Made by a program: the position numbers and the translations under genes
Assembly (NCBI GenBank): GCA_900552305.1
Contig: URZD01000009.1
Span: 1 to 20,814, forward strand
DNA: 20,814 nt
Direction: 5' to 3'
Source of the DNA: an uncultured Eubacteriales bacterium
Lineage (GTDB): Bacteria > Bacillota > Clostridia > Monoglobales > Monoglobaceae
In this document: positions 7,407 through 15,007 of the stretch, piece by piece
How the letters are laid out: each line of letters begins with the position of its first letter
Position numbering within the stretch: the first letter of the stretch is position 1
The notes under the pieces: model-generated
What the model was told of the DNA's origin: nothing
What the model saw: only the letters and a program-made list of their open reading frames with translations
Databases searched by the model: none

Positions 7407-8735
7407 TTACTGTTTATCATTATCATCAAATATGTCGCCGCATTCCGGACAGAATTTAGGCGGATTTTTCGGATCCTGAGGTTCCCAGCCGCATTTGTCG
7501 CATTTATACAGCGGCGCGCCCGCAGGTTTCGGATTTCCGCAGTTCTGACAGAATTTGCCTTTGTTTACCGTACCGCACGAACAAGTCCAGCCTTCTGACG
7601 GCGCCTGCGGTTTTCCGCAATTCATACAGAATTTTCCCGTATTGCCCGTCTGACCGCATTCACAGCTCCAGCCTGCCGTTTGCGGCTGCTGCGCCTGTTG
7701 CTGAGGCTGCTGCGCCTGCTGCTGACCCATCGCAAAAAGATTTCCCGCATTCATGCCGCCTGCATTCTGCGCCATATTCATTCCGAAAAATCCGCCCATT
7801 GCGCCCATTCCGCCTTCGTTTGCCGCAGCCGTTCTCATAGCGTCTGTCTGACCTCCTACAATTCGCGCCGCCGCAATATTCGGATTTGTTGTCATAACGT
7901 TTTCTTCCCATTCGGTAATCTTTTTTCTCTGGTCGTCGGGAATAGATACGCCGTTAATGCTCACGGCGAAAAGCTCGATTCCGCGCTTTTCTCTCCACTC
8001 GGCTTTAAGCTCCTCGGAAAGAGCCTTTGTAACCTCTTTTGTATGCGCCGGAATTTCCGAATACATTATTTTCATTGCCGAAATTTGTGCGAACGCCGGG
8101 CGCAGCGCGTCCAAAAGCTCGCTCTTTAGCATATCGTCAATTTCCGAACGGTCGTATACATATTCAACGTTACCGGTCACATTTGTGTAAAACATAACGG
8201 GGTCGGCAATTTTATATGAATACACGCCGTTACACCTTAAATCCACCGACAGTTTGTAATTCATCGACTCGTCTATCGTTACCCTGAAAGGCACCGGCGA
8301 CGGCGTGCCGAACTTGTTGCCGGTAATTTCTTTTGTGTTGAAATAGTAAACCCTTTGGTCCTTGCCGGGTTCGCCGCCGAAAGTGAAACGCTTGCCCACC
8401 TGTCCGAAACTCTGCTTAATGCTTTCGCCTAAGCTGCCGCAGAAAATACTCGGTTCGGTAGAATTATCGTAGACAAATTCTCCGGCTTCGGCGCAGAATT
8501 CAACGATTTTTCCGGATTCCACAATAATCATGCTCTGTCCCTCGTTTACCGAAATTATAGAGCCGTTTGAAATAATGTTGTCGCTGCCCTTTGTATTAGA
8601 GCTCCTTTTTCCCGTGCGCTTCTCTCCTTTTGCCACAAGCGTGTCGGCACCTAAGCTTTCACAGTAAAAAAATTCTCTCCACTGATCAGCTAAAACGCCG
8701 CCAAGCGCCCCCGCTCCCGCTTTTAAAAGTCCCAT
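7407..8735 (-). CDS. SPFH/band-7 (stomatin-prohibitin-flotillin) family protein with a Met/Gly/Gln-rich linker and C-terminal zinc ribbons. It resembles B. subtilis YdjI and the COG4260 group sometimes labelled 'virion core protein'.
   Basis: The N-terminus MGLLKAGAGALGGVLADQWREFF matches the pattern I recall for this family. The body is SPFH-like. The linker reads GGMGAMGGFFGMNMAQNAGGMNAGNLFAMGQQQAQQPQQQAQQPQ. It is followed by CECG...CMNCG, CSCG...CQNCG and CDKCG...CPECG. The RBS is GAGAGGAGAA with a 7-nt spacer. Confidence 0.85.
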   Translation of the reverse strand: MGLLKAGAGALGGVLADQWREFFYCESLGADTLVAKGEKRTGKRSSNTKGSDNIISNGSIISVNEGQSMIIVESGKIVEFCAEAGEFVYDNSTEPSIFCGSLGESIKQSFGQVGKRFTFGGEPGKDQRVYYFNTKEITGNKFGTPSPVPFRVTIDESMNYKLSVDLRCNGVYSYKIADPVMFYTNVTGNVEYVYDRSEIDDMLKSELLDALRPAFAQISAMKIMYSEIPAHTKEVTKALSEELKAEWREKRGIELFAVSINGVSIPDDQRKKITEWEENVMTTNPNIAAARIVGGQTDAMRTAAANEGGMGAMGGFFGMNMAQNAGGMNAGNLFAMGQQQAQQPQQQAQQPQTAGWSCECGQTGNTGKFCMNCGKPQAPSEGWTCSCGTVNKGKFCQNCGNPKPAGAPLYKCDKCGWEPQDPKNPPKFCPECGDIFDDNDKQ

Positions 8736-8759
8736 AATTCTGTTCTCCTCTCAAAATTT

Positions 8760-9290
8760 TTATTCTTTATACTCTGTTATATCCCATATATCGGGCGTAC
8801 ATATCAGCCTGCCGTTTTCATCCGTATCGAGCGTGATTCTGTGTCCGCCGCGTATGACGATATAAATTTCGACATCGTCGCCGCAGTTTATCGTATACGG
8901 TGTGCCGTCATATACTCTTTGCAGGTTTTTCTTATCGCCGTTTTGAATCAGCTCGTTTTCATCTCCGTACCGCGGAATAACAAGAAACCATTTTTCTCCG
9001 CCGTAATCGTAATGACTGATTGCCCGGCGTTTTTCCTCCGAAAGCTCTGAAAAAAGTTTTTCTATATATTCCTTTGCCGCATTTTTACCGTTTTCTCCGT
9101 CCCCAAGATATGCAACAGCCCAATAGGGATAGCCGTCGACTTCATCGAACAAAAGAGTGTTTGCGTATTCTGTACGATGCTCGCTGTCGACATACACCAT
9201 GCCCGGTCCGTCCAGCATAAAAGGCTTTTCTCCCGGAACTTTGCAGCCAAAAAGATTGGCGGCGATTGTAAATATCGCAATTATTTTCAT
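8760..9290 (-). CDS. Small lipoprotein, hypothetical (176 aa from the ATG at 9290).
   Basis: The ORF track starts at a GTG at 9299. The ATG at 9288-9290 is preferred because AAAGGTG lies 8 nt upstream and gives a canonical lipoprotein N-terminus, MKIIAIFTIAANLFGC. Confidence 0.65.
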   Translation of the reverse strand: MKIIAIFTIAANLFGCKVPGEKPFMLDGPGMVYVDSEHRTEYANTLLFDEVDGYPYWAVAYLGDGENGKNAAKEYIEKLFSELSEEKRRAISHYDYGGEKWFLVIPRYGDENELIQNGDKKNLQRVYDGTPYTINCGDDVEIYIVIRGGHRITLDTDENGRLICTPDIWDITEYKE

Positions 9291-9306
9291 AGCTTTCACC
9301 TTTTAA

Positions 9307-10491
9307 TCACCCTTTCGGTAATTCAATTCTCATATCATAGCAAAGAATCCTCGAAATGAGCGCAGCCGCTTCGCTCCGTTTAACCTGCGAATCGGGATAG
9401 TATGCCATAAATTCATCGCTCCCCACCGCGATTCCCTTATTGTAAAGGTCTAAAATCTCATAGGCAAACGGCGTTGTGTCATAAACGTCGGGAATATCGA
9501 TTAAAGGAACATCGTTTATAAAATACGGATTGACGTCGCACCGTGAAAACAGATATGCCATCTGCGCACGCGTTGCGTTTTCCTCCCAATCAAAGATGAT
9601 ATAATCTTCAATTATTGCATTGTCATAGCAATAATCCACATAAACATCATACCAGTTTTCACCGGTCATTTGGAATTCAACTTCCTCTCTTTCGTATTGG
9701 CTTTTATTGTGAATTACCGCGGCAATTTTGGCTGCCTCCGCGCAGGTAAGCCCTGCATTCGGGTCAAATTCCGTTTTGTTTTTCCCGTTTATGATGCCAA
9801 AGCTGTACGCTGTCTGCACATAAGGATAATACCATGCGTCCGGCGATATGTCCGCAAACGGCAGAGAGGTATCCTCCAGATATTTGCTTCCTTTAAAGCC
9901 GCAGCCCTCGCAGTATATCATGTTTTCACCGAAAATATCCTTTTCCGTCATACTCTCAACAAGTGCGGTGTGCATAAGAGAAAAACTAAAATTCCCGTCA
10001 CCCTTTGCATCGGATATTTTTTCGTACATCACATGCTCATCTGCCGTGCACGGGATATAAAACTGTATAAATCCGGTTCCGATAAACACATCAGAATCAA
10101 ACGTTATTTCCTCTGAATTCAATGTAACCTCATTAAGATTTGCGCAGTTGGCAAAAGCGCGCTCACCGATATTTTTCACGCTTGACGGAATATATGCACT
10201 TTCGGCATTGCAGCCTTCAAAAGCATTTGTGTTTATCAATTCAATTCCTTCGGCAACGGATATGGCTTCAAGTCCTAAGTCAATACAAGCCATAACGCCG
10301 ATTTCATTGATTTTTGTTCCGTCTATTTCTGCCGGGAAAAAGGCAAATTCATCACCGTAATAAGCGGTAATTACTCCATCCTTTGTGTATTCATACATAC
10401 CGTCTGACGATTTGAATGTTTCCCATTCCGCACAGGCAACAGTGCCGCTTAAAATCAGCAGCGCTGCAAGCAATAACGATAATTTTTTCAC
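9307..10491 (-). CDS. Cell-surface protein with a signal peptide, a BspA-type leucine-rich repeat domain and three C-terminal SLH (S-layer homology) domains.
   Basis: The start is probably the second GTG at 10489-10491, giving MKKLSLLLAALLILSGTVACA. GGGAGG lies 8 nt upstream. The first GTG at 10500 abuts the RBS with no spacer. LRR: TKINEIGVMACIDLGLEAISVAEGIELINTNAFEGCNAESAYIPSSVKNIGERAFANCANLNEVTL. SLH-like segments: FADISPDAWYYPYVQTAYSFGIINGKNKTEFDPNAGLTCAEAAKIAAVI; ...FDWEENATRAQMAYLFSR; ...GIAVGSDEFMAYYPDSQVKRSEAAALISRIL. Confidence 0.8.
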   Translation of the reverse strand: MKKLSLLLAALLILSGTVACAEWETFKSSDGMYEYTKDGVITAYYGDEFAFFPAEIDGTKINEIGVMACIDLGLEAISVAEGIELINTNAFEGCNAESAYIPSSVKNIGERAFANCANLNEVTLNSEEITFDSDVFIGTGFIQFYIPCTADEHVMYEKISDAKGDGNFSFSLMHTALVESMTEKDIFGENMIYCEGCGFKGSKYLEDTSLPFADISPDAWYYPYVQTAYSFGIINGKNKTEFDPNAGLTCAEAAKIAAVIHNKSQYEREEVEFQMTGENWYDVYVDYCYDNAIIEDYIIFDWEENATRAQMAYLFSRCDVNPYFINDVPLIDIPDVYDTTPFAYEILDLYNKGIAVGSDEFMAYYPDSQVKRSEAAALISRILCYDMRIELPKG

Positions 10492-10506
10492 GCTTCGCAC
10501 CTCCCG

Positions 10507-11385
10507 TTACTTTATTTTGGCTTCCGCATCGTCCGCGCGTCTTGTGTAAACCGCCATGCCGCCGGTCGCTGCATCATTCATAGCATTTATGCCTTCCTTC
10601 AGTTTTTCTTTGTCTGCCTCCGTTATGGCTTTCTCACCTTTTGTTGCAACCTTAAATGCCGTTTCGAATGCCGCCGCCATTCCAATCGCTGCCGCATCCT
10701 CTCTTTTTTCCGCCTTACTTCTGCCAAAGCCGAACAAGCCTCTTTCATCATCGTGAACGCCGAAAATATAATCAAACTTGCATTTTGCATTATGTGCATA
10801 CTGCAAATCCGAACGGTCTTTTTTGCTGAAACAGATTTTAAGCTCCCGCTTGATATACGGATGAGGACGAAGACCTTTTTTGTTGTCTGTATTAACCTTG
10901 CTCATATTTCCGCCCAAAAGCTTGATTTTTAATCCGCATTCCTTAAATTCAGGATTTTTTCCCGGCTCGGTTGCCGGTGTTTCATCTATGTATTCCTCAT
11001 AGCTTGCCACCTGATCGTAGCGGAAAAGCTCGTTCATTTTGCCTCTGCCCGTGTTGCTTCTGTATTTAATCCGAAACATTCCCAAGTCATCGCAAAATTC
11101 AATGCCCATTTCCTTGAGCGACGAAGGGTATGTGTCTTTCTTTCCTTCTTTGGAATAGACCTCCTCAAAAAGTCTGTTCTGCCGTTTCATATATTCTATA
11201 TGTCCCTTGACTTCGTCCAATGTCAGCTCGCTCAGCCTAATGTACTTTGAGCATAGATTTCCGCAATCGTCACATAAAAATTCCTTGTTCTTGATTTTTG
11301 TGCGGTGCATCATGCCGCATTCCTTTCCGCATAACGCACAGTTCTTTTTGCCAAAAATGTTCTTAAAAAAATCACCCAATCCCAT
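10507..11385 (-). CDS. Hypothetical protein (292 aa) with an N-terminal zinc ribbon. The domain following it is unknown.
   Basis: The ATG is preceded by AAGGAGG with an 8-nt spacer. Zinc ribbon: CALCGKEC...(15)...CDDCGNLC. There are no TM helices. It lies between the TPM-domain gene and the SLH-protein gene. Confidence 0.75.
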   Translation of the reverse strand: MGLGDFFKNIFGKKNCALCGKECGMMHRTKIKNKEFLCDDCGNLCSKYIRLSELTLDEVKGHIEYMKRQNRLFEEVYSKEGKKDTYPSSLKEMGIEFCDDLGMFRIKYRSNTGRGKMNELFRYDQVASYEEYIDETPATEPGKNPEFKECGLKIKLLGGNMSKVNTDNKKGLRPHPYIKRELKICFSKKDRSDLQYAHNAKCKFDYIFGVHDDERGLFGFGRSKAEKREDAAAIGMAAAFETAFKVATKGEKAITEADKEKLKEGINAMNDAATGGMAVYTRRADDAEAKIK

Positions 11386-11411
11386 AATTTTTTCCTCCTT
11401 AAAATTTGTTT

Positions 11412-12191
11412 TTAAAAGCTTCCGCCCCTTCCGCCGTGACTTCTGCCGGAAGACGATGTATGGCTGCCGGAATCCGATTTCGGCTTTTCCGTTTTTGTCA
11501 CGGTACTGTAAAGGAATATATCCCTTGAAAAGTCAAGATTCATACTGTTCGGCTTCATATAGTTGCCGGCATAGTCCTCTTTGACCGCCGTTTTCATTGC
11601 GCAGAGCTTTTTATGCATCATAAAATACGCAAGAATAAGGGGAAGAAGAAGCACCCCGGCAACCACACACAGGATATACTTCATGCTGTGCTGCCTCTTG
11701 TTGAACGGCTTACCCTCTGCCGCCATTTCCAAAAGCTCTTCGGCATGATCGGCATAGGACTTGACTGCCGCATAATAGTTATCTTCCTTTAAATACGGCA
11801 CAATCTTTTTTTCAAGATATTTAAGACCGTTTTCGTTGAATATCGTTTCACCGCTGCCGCAGGTGGAAAAATGATATTTTCTTTCGTAATCAGCTATGTA
11901 AAACAGAATACCGTCATAGTTTTCGCCGTATCCGTAGCCGTTGTAATCGTAAATATCGCCCGCCGCATTCTGTGCGTCGTAAGAGGAGAGTCTGTCCTCA
12001 GAAACGAACGCAACGTCAAAGCTGTATTTTTCACGGATTTTGTCAAGTCTTTCCGTCAGCTCCGCATTTTGCTCTTTCGTCAGATAGCCTGCCGCGTCCG
12101 AAACGGGAGCCTGCTTAAACTCGGCATAGGCATAAAATGCGGATAAAAAGCAAAGAACGGATATCATCGGGATAATAATAATTCTTTTCAT
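11412..12191 (-). CDS. TPM-domain membrane protein (YgcG / B. subtilis YdjH type). It has an N-terminal signal anchor, a TPM domain, a C-terminal TM helix and a Gly-rich tail.
   Basis: The preferred start is the ATG at 12189-12191 (MKRIIIIPMISVLCFLSAFYAYA), with AGGGGGTG 6 nt upstream. The ORF track starts at a GTG 9 nt further up. TPM signature: VSDAAGYLTKEQNAELTERLDKIREKYSFDVAFVS...GILFYIADYERKYHFS. TM: YILCVVAGVLLLPLILAYFMM. Tail: SSSGRSHGGRGGSF. Confidence 0.8.
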   Translation of the reverse strand: MKRIIIIPMISVLCFLSAFYAYAEFKQAPVSDAAGYLTKEQNAELTERLDKIREKYSFDVAFVSEDRLSSYDAQNAAGDIYDYNGYGYGENYDGILFYIADYERKYHFSTCGSGETIFNENGLKYLEKKIVPYLKEDNYYAAVKSYADHAEELLEMAAEGKPFNKRQHSMKYILCVVAGVLLLPLILAYFMMHKKLCAMKTAVKEDYAGNYMKPNSMNLDFSRDIFLYSTVTKTEKPKSDSGSHTSSSGRSHGGRGGSF

Positions 12192-12203
12192 CACACGCAC
12201 CCC

Positions 12204-13283
12204 CTAACGCAGCAGAAAATACGCTGCGGCCGCCGCAGCAGCATATGCCAAACCTGCAATTTTCCCAAAATACCGCCATTTTTTGCCTTTGTCAATCGGA
12301 TATTCTCCGACAACCTTGCCGGTCTGTCCGTTGATGGCAAACCGATATAGATTGTTCATATATTTTATGTTGAGCATCCAAACCGGGAGAAGGGAATACC
12401 TTATTTTACCGCCTGAAAAGCTAATTTTTGTACTTTCGGGAATCACTGCAGCGTAACCGCTCGTCGTCTCCTTAAATACTGAAACCGTTGAATTTTTTAC
12501 ACGTTCGTTCGCTCGCTCTATGCTTTGCTCTGCCGAAACATCATATTTATCCGCCATATACCCCGAAAGATATGCACCGTTAAACTCCACTGCATCATCA
12601 TAACAAAAAGGTTCTACCGCCTCCATATATGCGTCATCCGCTTTTTTTGAGCCATCAACAGGAATATTGGCAAAACCCACACTGCCGCTTCTGAAAAGTC
12701 TGTAATAATCTGTCTTGGTATAATTATAACTGGAATCGCTCCAGCTTGTAACCATTTGTGCTCCGTAAGTTATTGCAGCACTGCAGTCGCAGTCAAACAT
12801 CCAAAACGGCACATAAACGCCTGTCATTTCTTCTATCTTCTTCTTAACCTTAAATTCGTCCGGCAGAAACGGCGCATTTTTGAAATCTGCCTCAAACGCC
12901 GCCATCGCCGCCTTCTTATCTGTCTTAAACGGAATAATATAGTCAGGTCGGAGGGTACCCTCAAACTGCCCTTTGATTACCGCTGCATCGCCACAGTATG
13001 GACAAACGGTTGACCCCATCGTATCGTCACCGGTTATTTCCGCACCGCAAGATGGGCAGGTATAGCTTGCAAGTTCAATTTCTCCATCCGTTTCATAGTT
13101 TCTCGGTTCATAATGCTCCCAGTCATATTTCGACTCGCCCTGCATTTGTGCTCCGACGTCGTCAATTTGCCGCATCGCGTCAAGCTCAAAATCGTTTCCG
13201 CAAGAATCGCAGTGCAGCGACTCGTTCCGAAAAATCAGCGAAGCACCGCAGCAAGGACACTTATAGCTTTGTACTGTTTCCAT
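12204..13283 (-). CDS. Double zinc-ribbon protein (359 aa) with a C-terminal TM helix (YdjG-like, recalled from memory).
   Basis: The ATG is preceded by GGGGGTG with a 5-nt spacer. Zinc ribbons: YKCPCCGAS...CDSCGNDFE and YTCPSCGAEI...CPYCGDAAV. C-terminal TM: FGKIAGLAYAAAAAAAYFLL. The TPM gene starts 3 nt after its stop. Confidence 0.8.
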   Translation of the reverse strand: METVQSYKCPCCGASLIFRNESLHCDSCGNDFELDAMRQIDDVGAQMQGESKYDWEHYEPRNYETDGEIELASYTCPSCGAEITGDDTMGSTVCPYCGDAAVIKGQFEGTLRPDYIIPFKTDKKAAMAAFEADFKNAPFLPDEFKVKKKIEEMTGVYVPFWMFDCDCSAAITYGAQMVTSWSDSSYNYTKTDYYRLFRSGSVGFANIPVDGSKKADDAYMEAVEPFCYDDAVEFNGAYLSGYMADKYDVSAEQSIERANERVKNSTVSVFKETTSGYAAVIPESTKISFSGGKIRYSLLPVWMLNIKYMNNLYRFAINGQTGKVVGEYPIDKGKKWRYFGKIAGLAYAAAAAAAYFLLR

Positions 13284-13307
13284 CGTTTCACCCCCTTAAT
13301 ATGCTTA

Positions 13308-14486
13308 TCATAATTTACATCCGATAAATTTTACAGTATCGCCGCTGCAGAAATTATAATAAGAATTATTTGAAAAGTCACAGCCGGAAAATTCAATATC
13401 CGAACAATCGTAAGCGCTTATAAAATACGAATTCTCCGAGCTGCTGTTATTTTTAATTGCCGAGTTTGTTACGCTTACACTGTTGCAGCTGTCCAGTGCA
13501 AACATTGAAAACATCCCCGAATCTCTGAATGTGCAGCCGTTAAACTTAATTCCATCACAGTCGCTTAACTCAACAAGCCCGTATGTGCACTCATATATTT
13601 CCGTGTTTTTCACAGTTATTCCGGCAGAGTCTGTCGCAGTTATTCCGTACGTTCCGCAGCCGTACAGGCTGCATTTATCAATATTTATATCCCGACACCC
13701 GTCAAGCATTATTACCCCGCCGGTACAATAGCCCTTCTCGACCTTATGTCCTGCTGTGATATTTTTAAGCACAATACCGCTGCACCCCCTAAAGCTTAGT
13801 ACGTTTGCGTAGGGAGCCTGAGTAACAACAGAAGCGCTTATTCCCTCCGGCGCTTCTATAACAAGATTGGATACGTCTTTTATTATATATTCGTATCCTT
13901 CAAAGGTATCGTCTGCAAAAACATTAGGATTATCAATATTTATCGCATCAAGCTCCGATAAATCATATTCCTGCTCCTTGAGAATGATTTTTGTATAGCT
14001 TGCCGCATTAAGTATAATATCATGAGGCGTCTTTGCCTCTGCAATGTTATATTTTATTACATTTGCAATATTATTTTCTTCGTCCCAGTTAACCTCGCAT
14101 CCCATTTCCTCGGCAACCAGCCGCAGGGGAACAAAGGTTCTTTCGTCTTTAATTACCGCCGGAACATCCATGGTTTTTTTTTCGCCGTTTTTATAATAGT
14201 CTGCGCTGCCTATATAAAGCGTAAGATTATCGGAAGGCGAATCGATATCAACTCTTTGTTCCTCCGCAAACCACTCAACGCTGTACTTTAAATGCTCCGA
14301 AACGGCTCTCACCGGAACGAGAGTCCGCCCGTTTTCCACAAAGGGTGAAACCTCCGTTTCGATAATTTCCCCGTTTATCGTTATCCCAACTGCAACATCT
14401 GCGTCGGCATTGACGCAAACTATATTACCGGAACTAAAAAGAAATAAAACCGTTAAAAAAACAATATATTTTTTAATAAAAATCAC
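13308..14486 (-). CDS. Secreted protein with an N-terminal copper-amine-oxidase N-terminal-like domain and a C-terminal right-handed parallel beta-helix (PbH1-type repeat) domain.
   Basis: The signal anchor is MIFIKKYIVFLTVLFLFSSG. The start codon is uncertain: GTG overlaps the AAGAGGTG RBS. Cu_amine_oxidN1-like motif: GITINGEIIETEVSPFVENGRTLVPVRAVSEHLKYSVEW...ERTFVPLRLVAEEMGCEVNWDE. Beta-helix repeats: CRDINIDKCSLYGCGTYGITATDSAGITVKNTEIYECTYGLVELSDCDGIKFNGCTFRDSG... Confidence 0.8.
   Translation of the reverse strand: MIFIKKYIVFLTVLFLFSSGNIVCVNADADVAVGITINGEIIETEVSPFVENGRTLVPVRAVSEHLKYSVEWFAEEQRVDIDSPSDNLTLYIGSADYYKNGEKKTMDVPAVIKDERTFVPLRLVAEEMGCEVNWDEENNIANVIKYNIAEAKTPHDIILNAASYTKIILKEQEYDLSELDAINIDNPNVFADDTFEGYEYIIKDVSNLVIEAPEGISASVVTQAPYANVLSFRGCSGIVLKNITAGHKVEKGYCTGGVIMLDGCRDINIDKCSLYGCGTYGITATDSAGITVKNTEIYECTYGLVELSDCDGIKFNGCTFRDSGMFSMFALDSCNSVSVTNSAIKNNSSSENSYFISAYDCSDIEFSGCDFSNNSYYNFCSGDTVKFIGCKL
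14174..14182 (-). repeat. A9 homopolymer (T9 on the + strand) inside the 13308..14486 coding sequence. A potential slipped-strand site.
   Basis: Minus-strand sequence gaa aaa aaa acc encodes E-K-K-T within ...YYKNGEKKTMDVPAV... It is the longest mononucleotide run inside a CDS in the window. Confidence 0.6.
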
Positions 14487-14554
14487 CTCTTAAATTTTGG
14501 CCCATATGCTCCCGCTGCCAAAAACAGGACGGCGGGAGCATTCGGATATTTTAT

Positions 14555-14950
14555 TTATGCCAACTCTTTGTTCTTTGCCGCGCCGATTATGTACAGAATC
14601 GGAATAATCAGACCGGTAGCGTAGTTCATAATGTTAAAATCACTGCCAAGCACGTTTGAAATAACGTTTCCGGCTACGCTTAAAATTGCCACAATGACGC
14701 CAATAACCATGCAGCTTTGCGCCTTTTCGGGTTTGTCGCAGTTCTTCACGCCCATAATTCCGGCAATCAGCTGAAATACTGCGCTTACCAGAATCAGAGC
14801 GCTTGCAAGCATAAGCCCGCCGGCGCTTGTTTCAAGAACCGCCGCCAAAGCGCCCGCTCCGATCAGCGCGATAATCCCTCCGATGATACCAAACGCTGCG
14901 CTGATAATCATCAAAATCCCCGTTACCTTCAAAAACTTACTTCCTTTCAT
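14555..14950 (-). CDS. Small integral membrane protein (131 aa, about four TM helices, Gly/Ala-rich small-residue helices).
   Basis: The ATG is preceded by AAGGAGG with a 6-nt spacer. It is hydrophobic throughout (GILMIISAAFGIIGGIIALIGAGALAAVL...). It is flanked by surface-protein genes on the same strand. Confidence 0.7.
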   Translation of the reverse strand: MKGSKFLKVTGILMIISAAFGIIGGIIALIGAGALAAVLETSAGGLMLASALILVSAVFQLIAGIMGVKNCDKPEKAQSCMVIGVIVAILSVAGNVISNVLGSDFNIMNYATGLIIPILYIIGAAKNKELA

Positions 14951-15007
14951 AATGAACCTCCTTAAAAATTTTTTATATCCACATTTTTTTCAAAATGGAT
15001 ACTACAA

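Noticed and set aside
14507-14539. A GC-rich inverted repeat (GCTCCCGC...GCGGGAGC) between the 131-aa membrane gene and the next gene.
   Set aside because: The stem is imperfect. It is not followed by a U-tract on the minus-strand transcript, so it is not a convincing intrinsic terminator. It may be an RNA stem-loop or stabiliser, but I cannot support a specific call.
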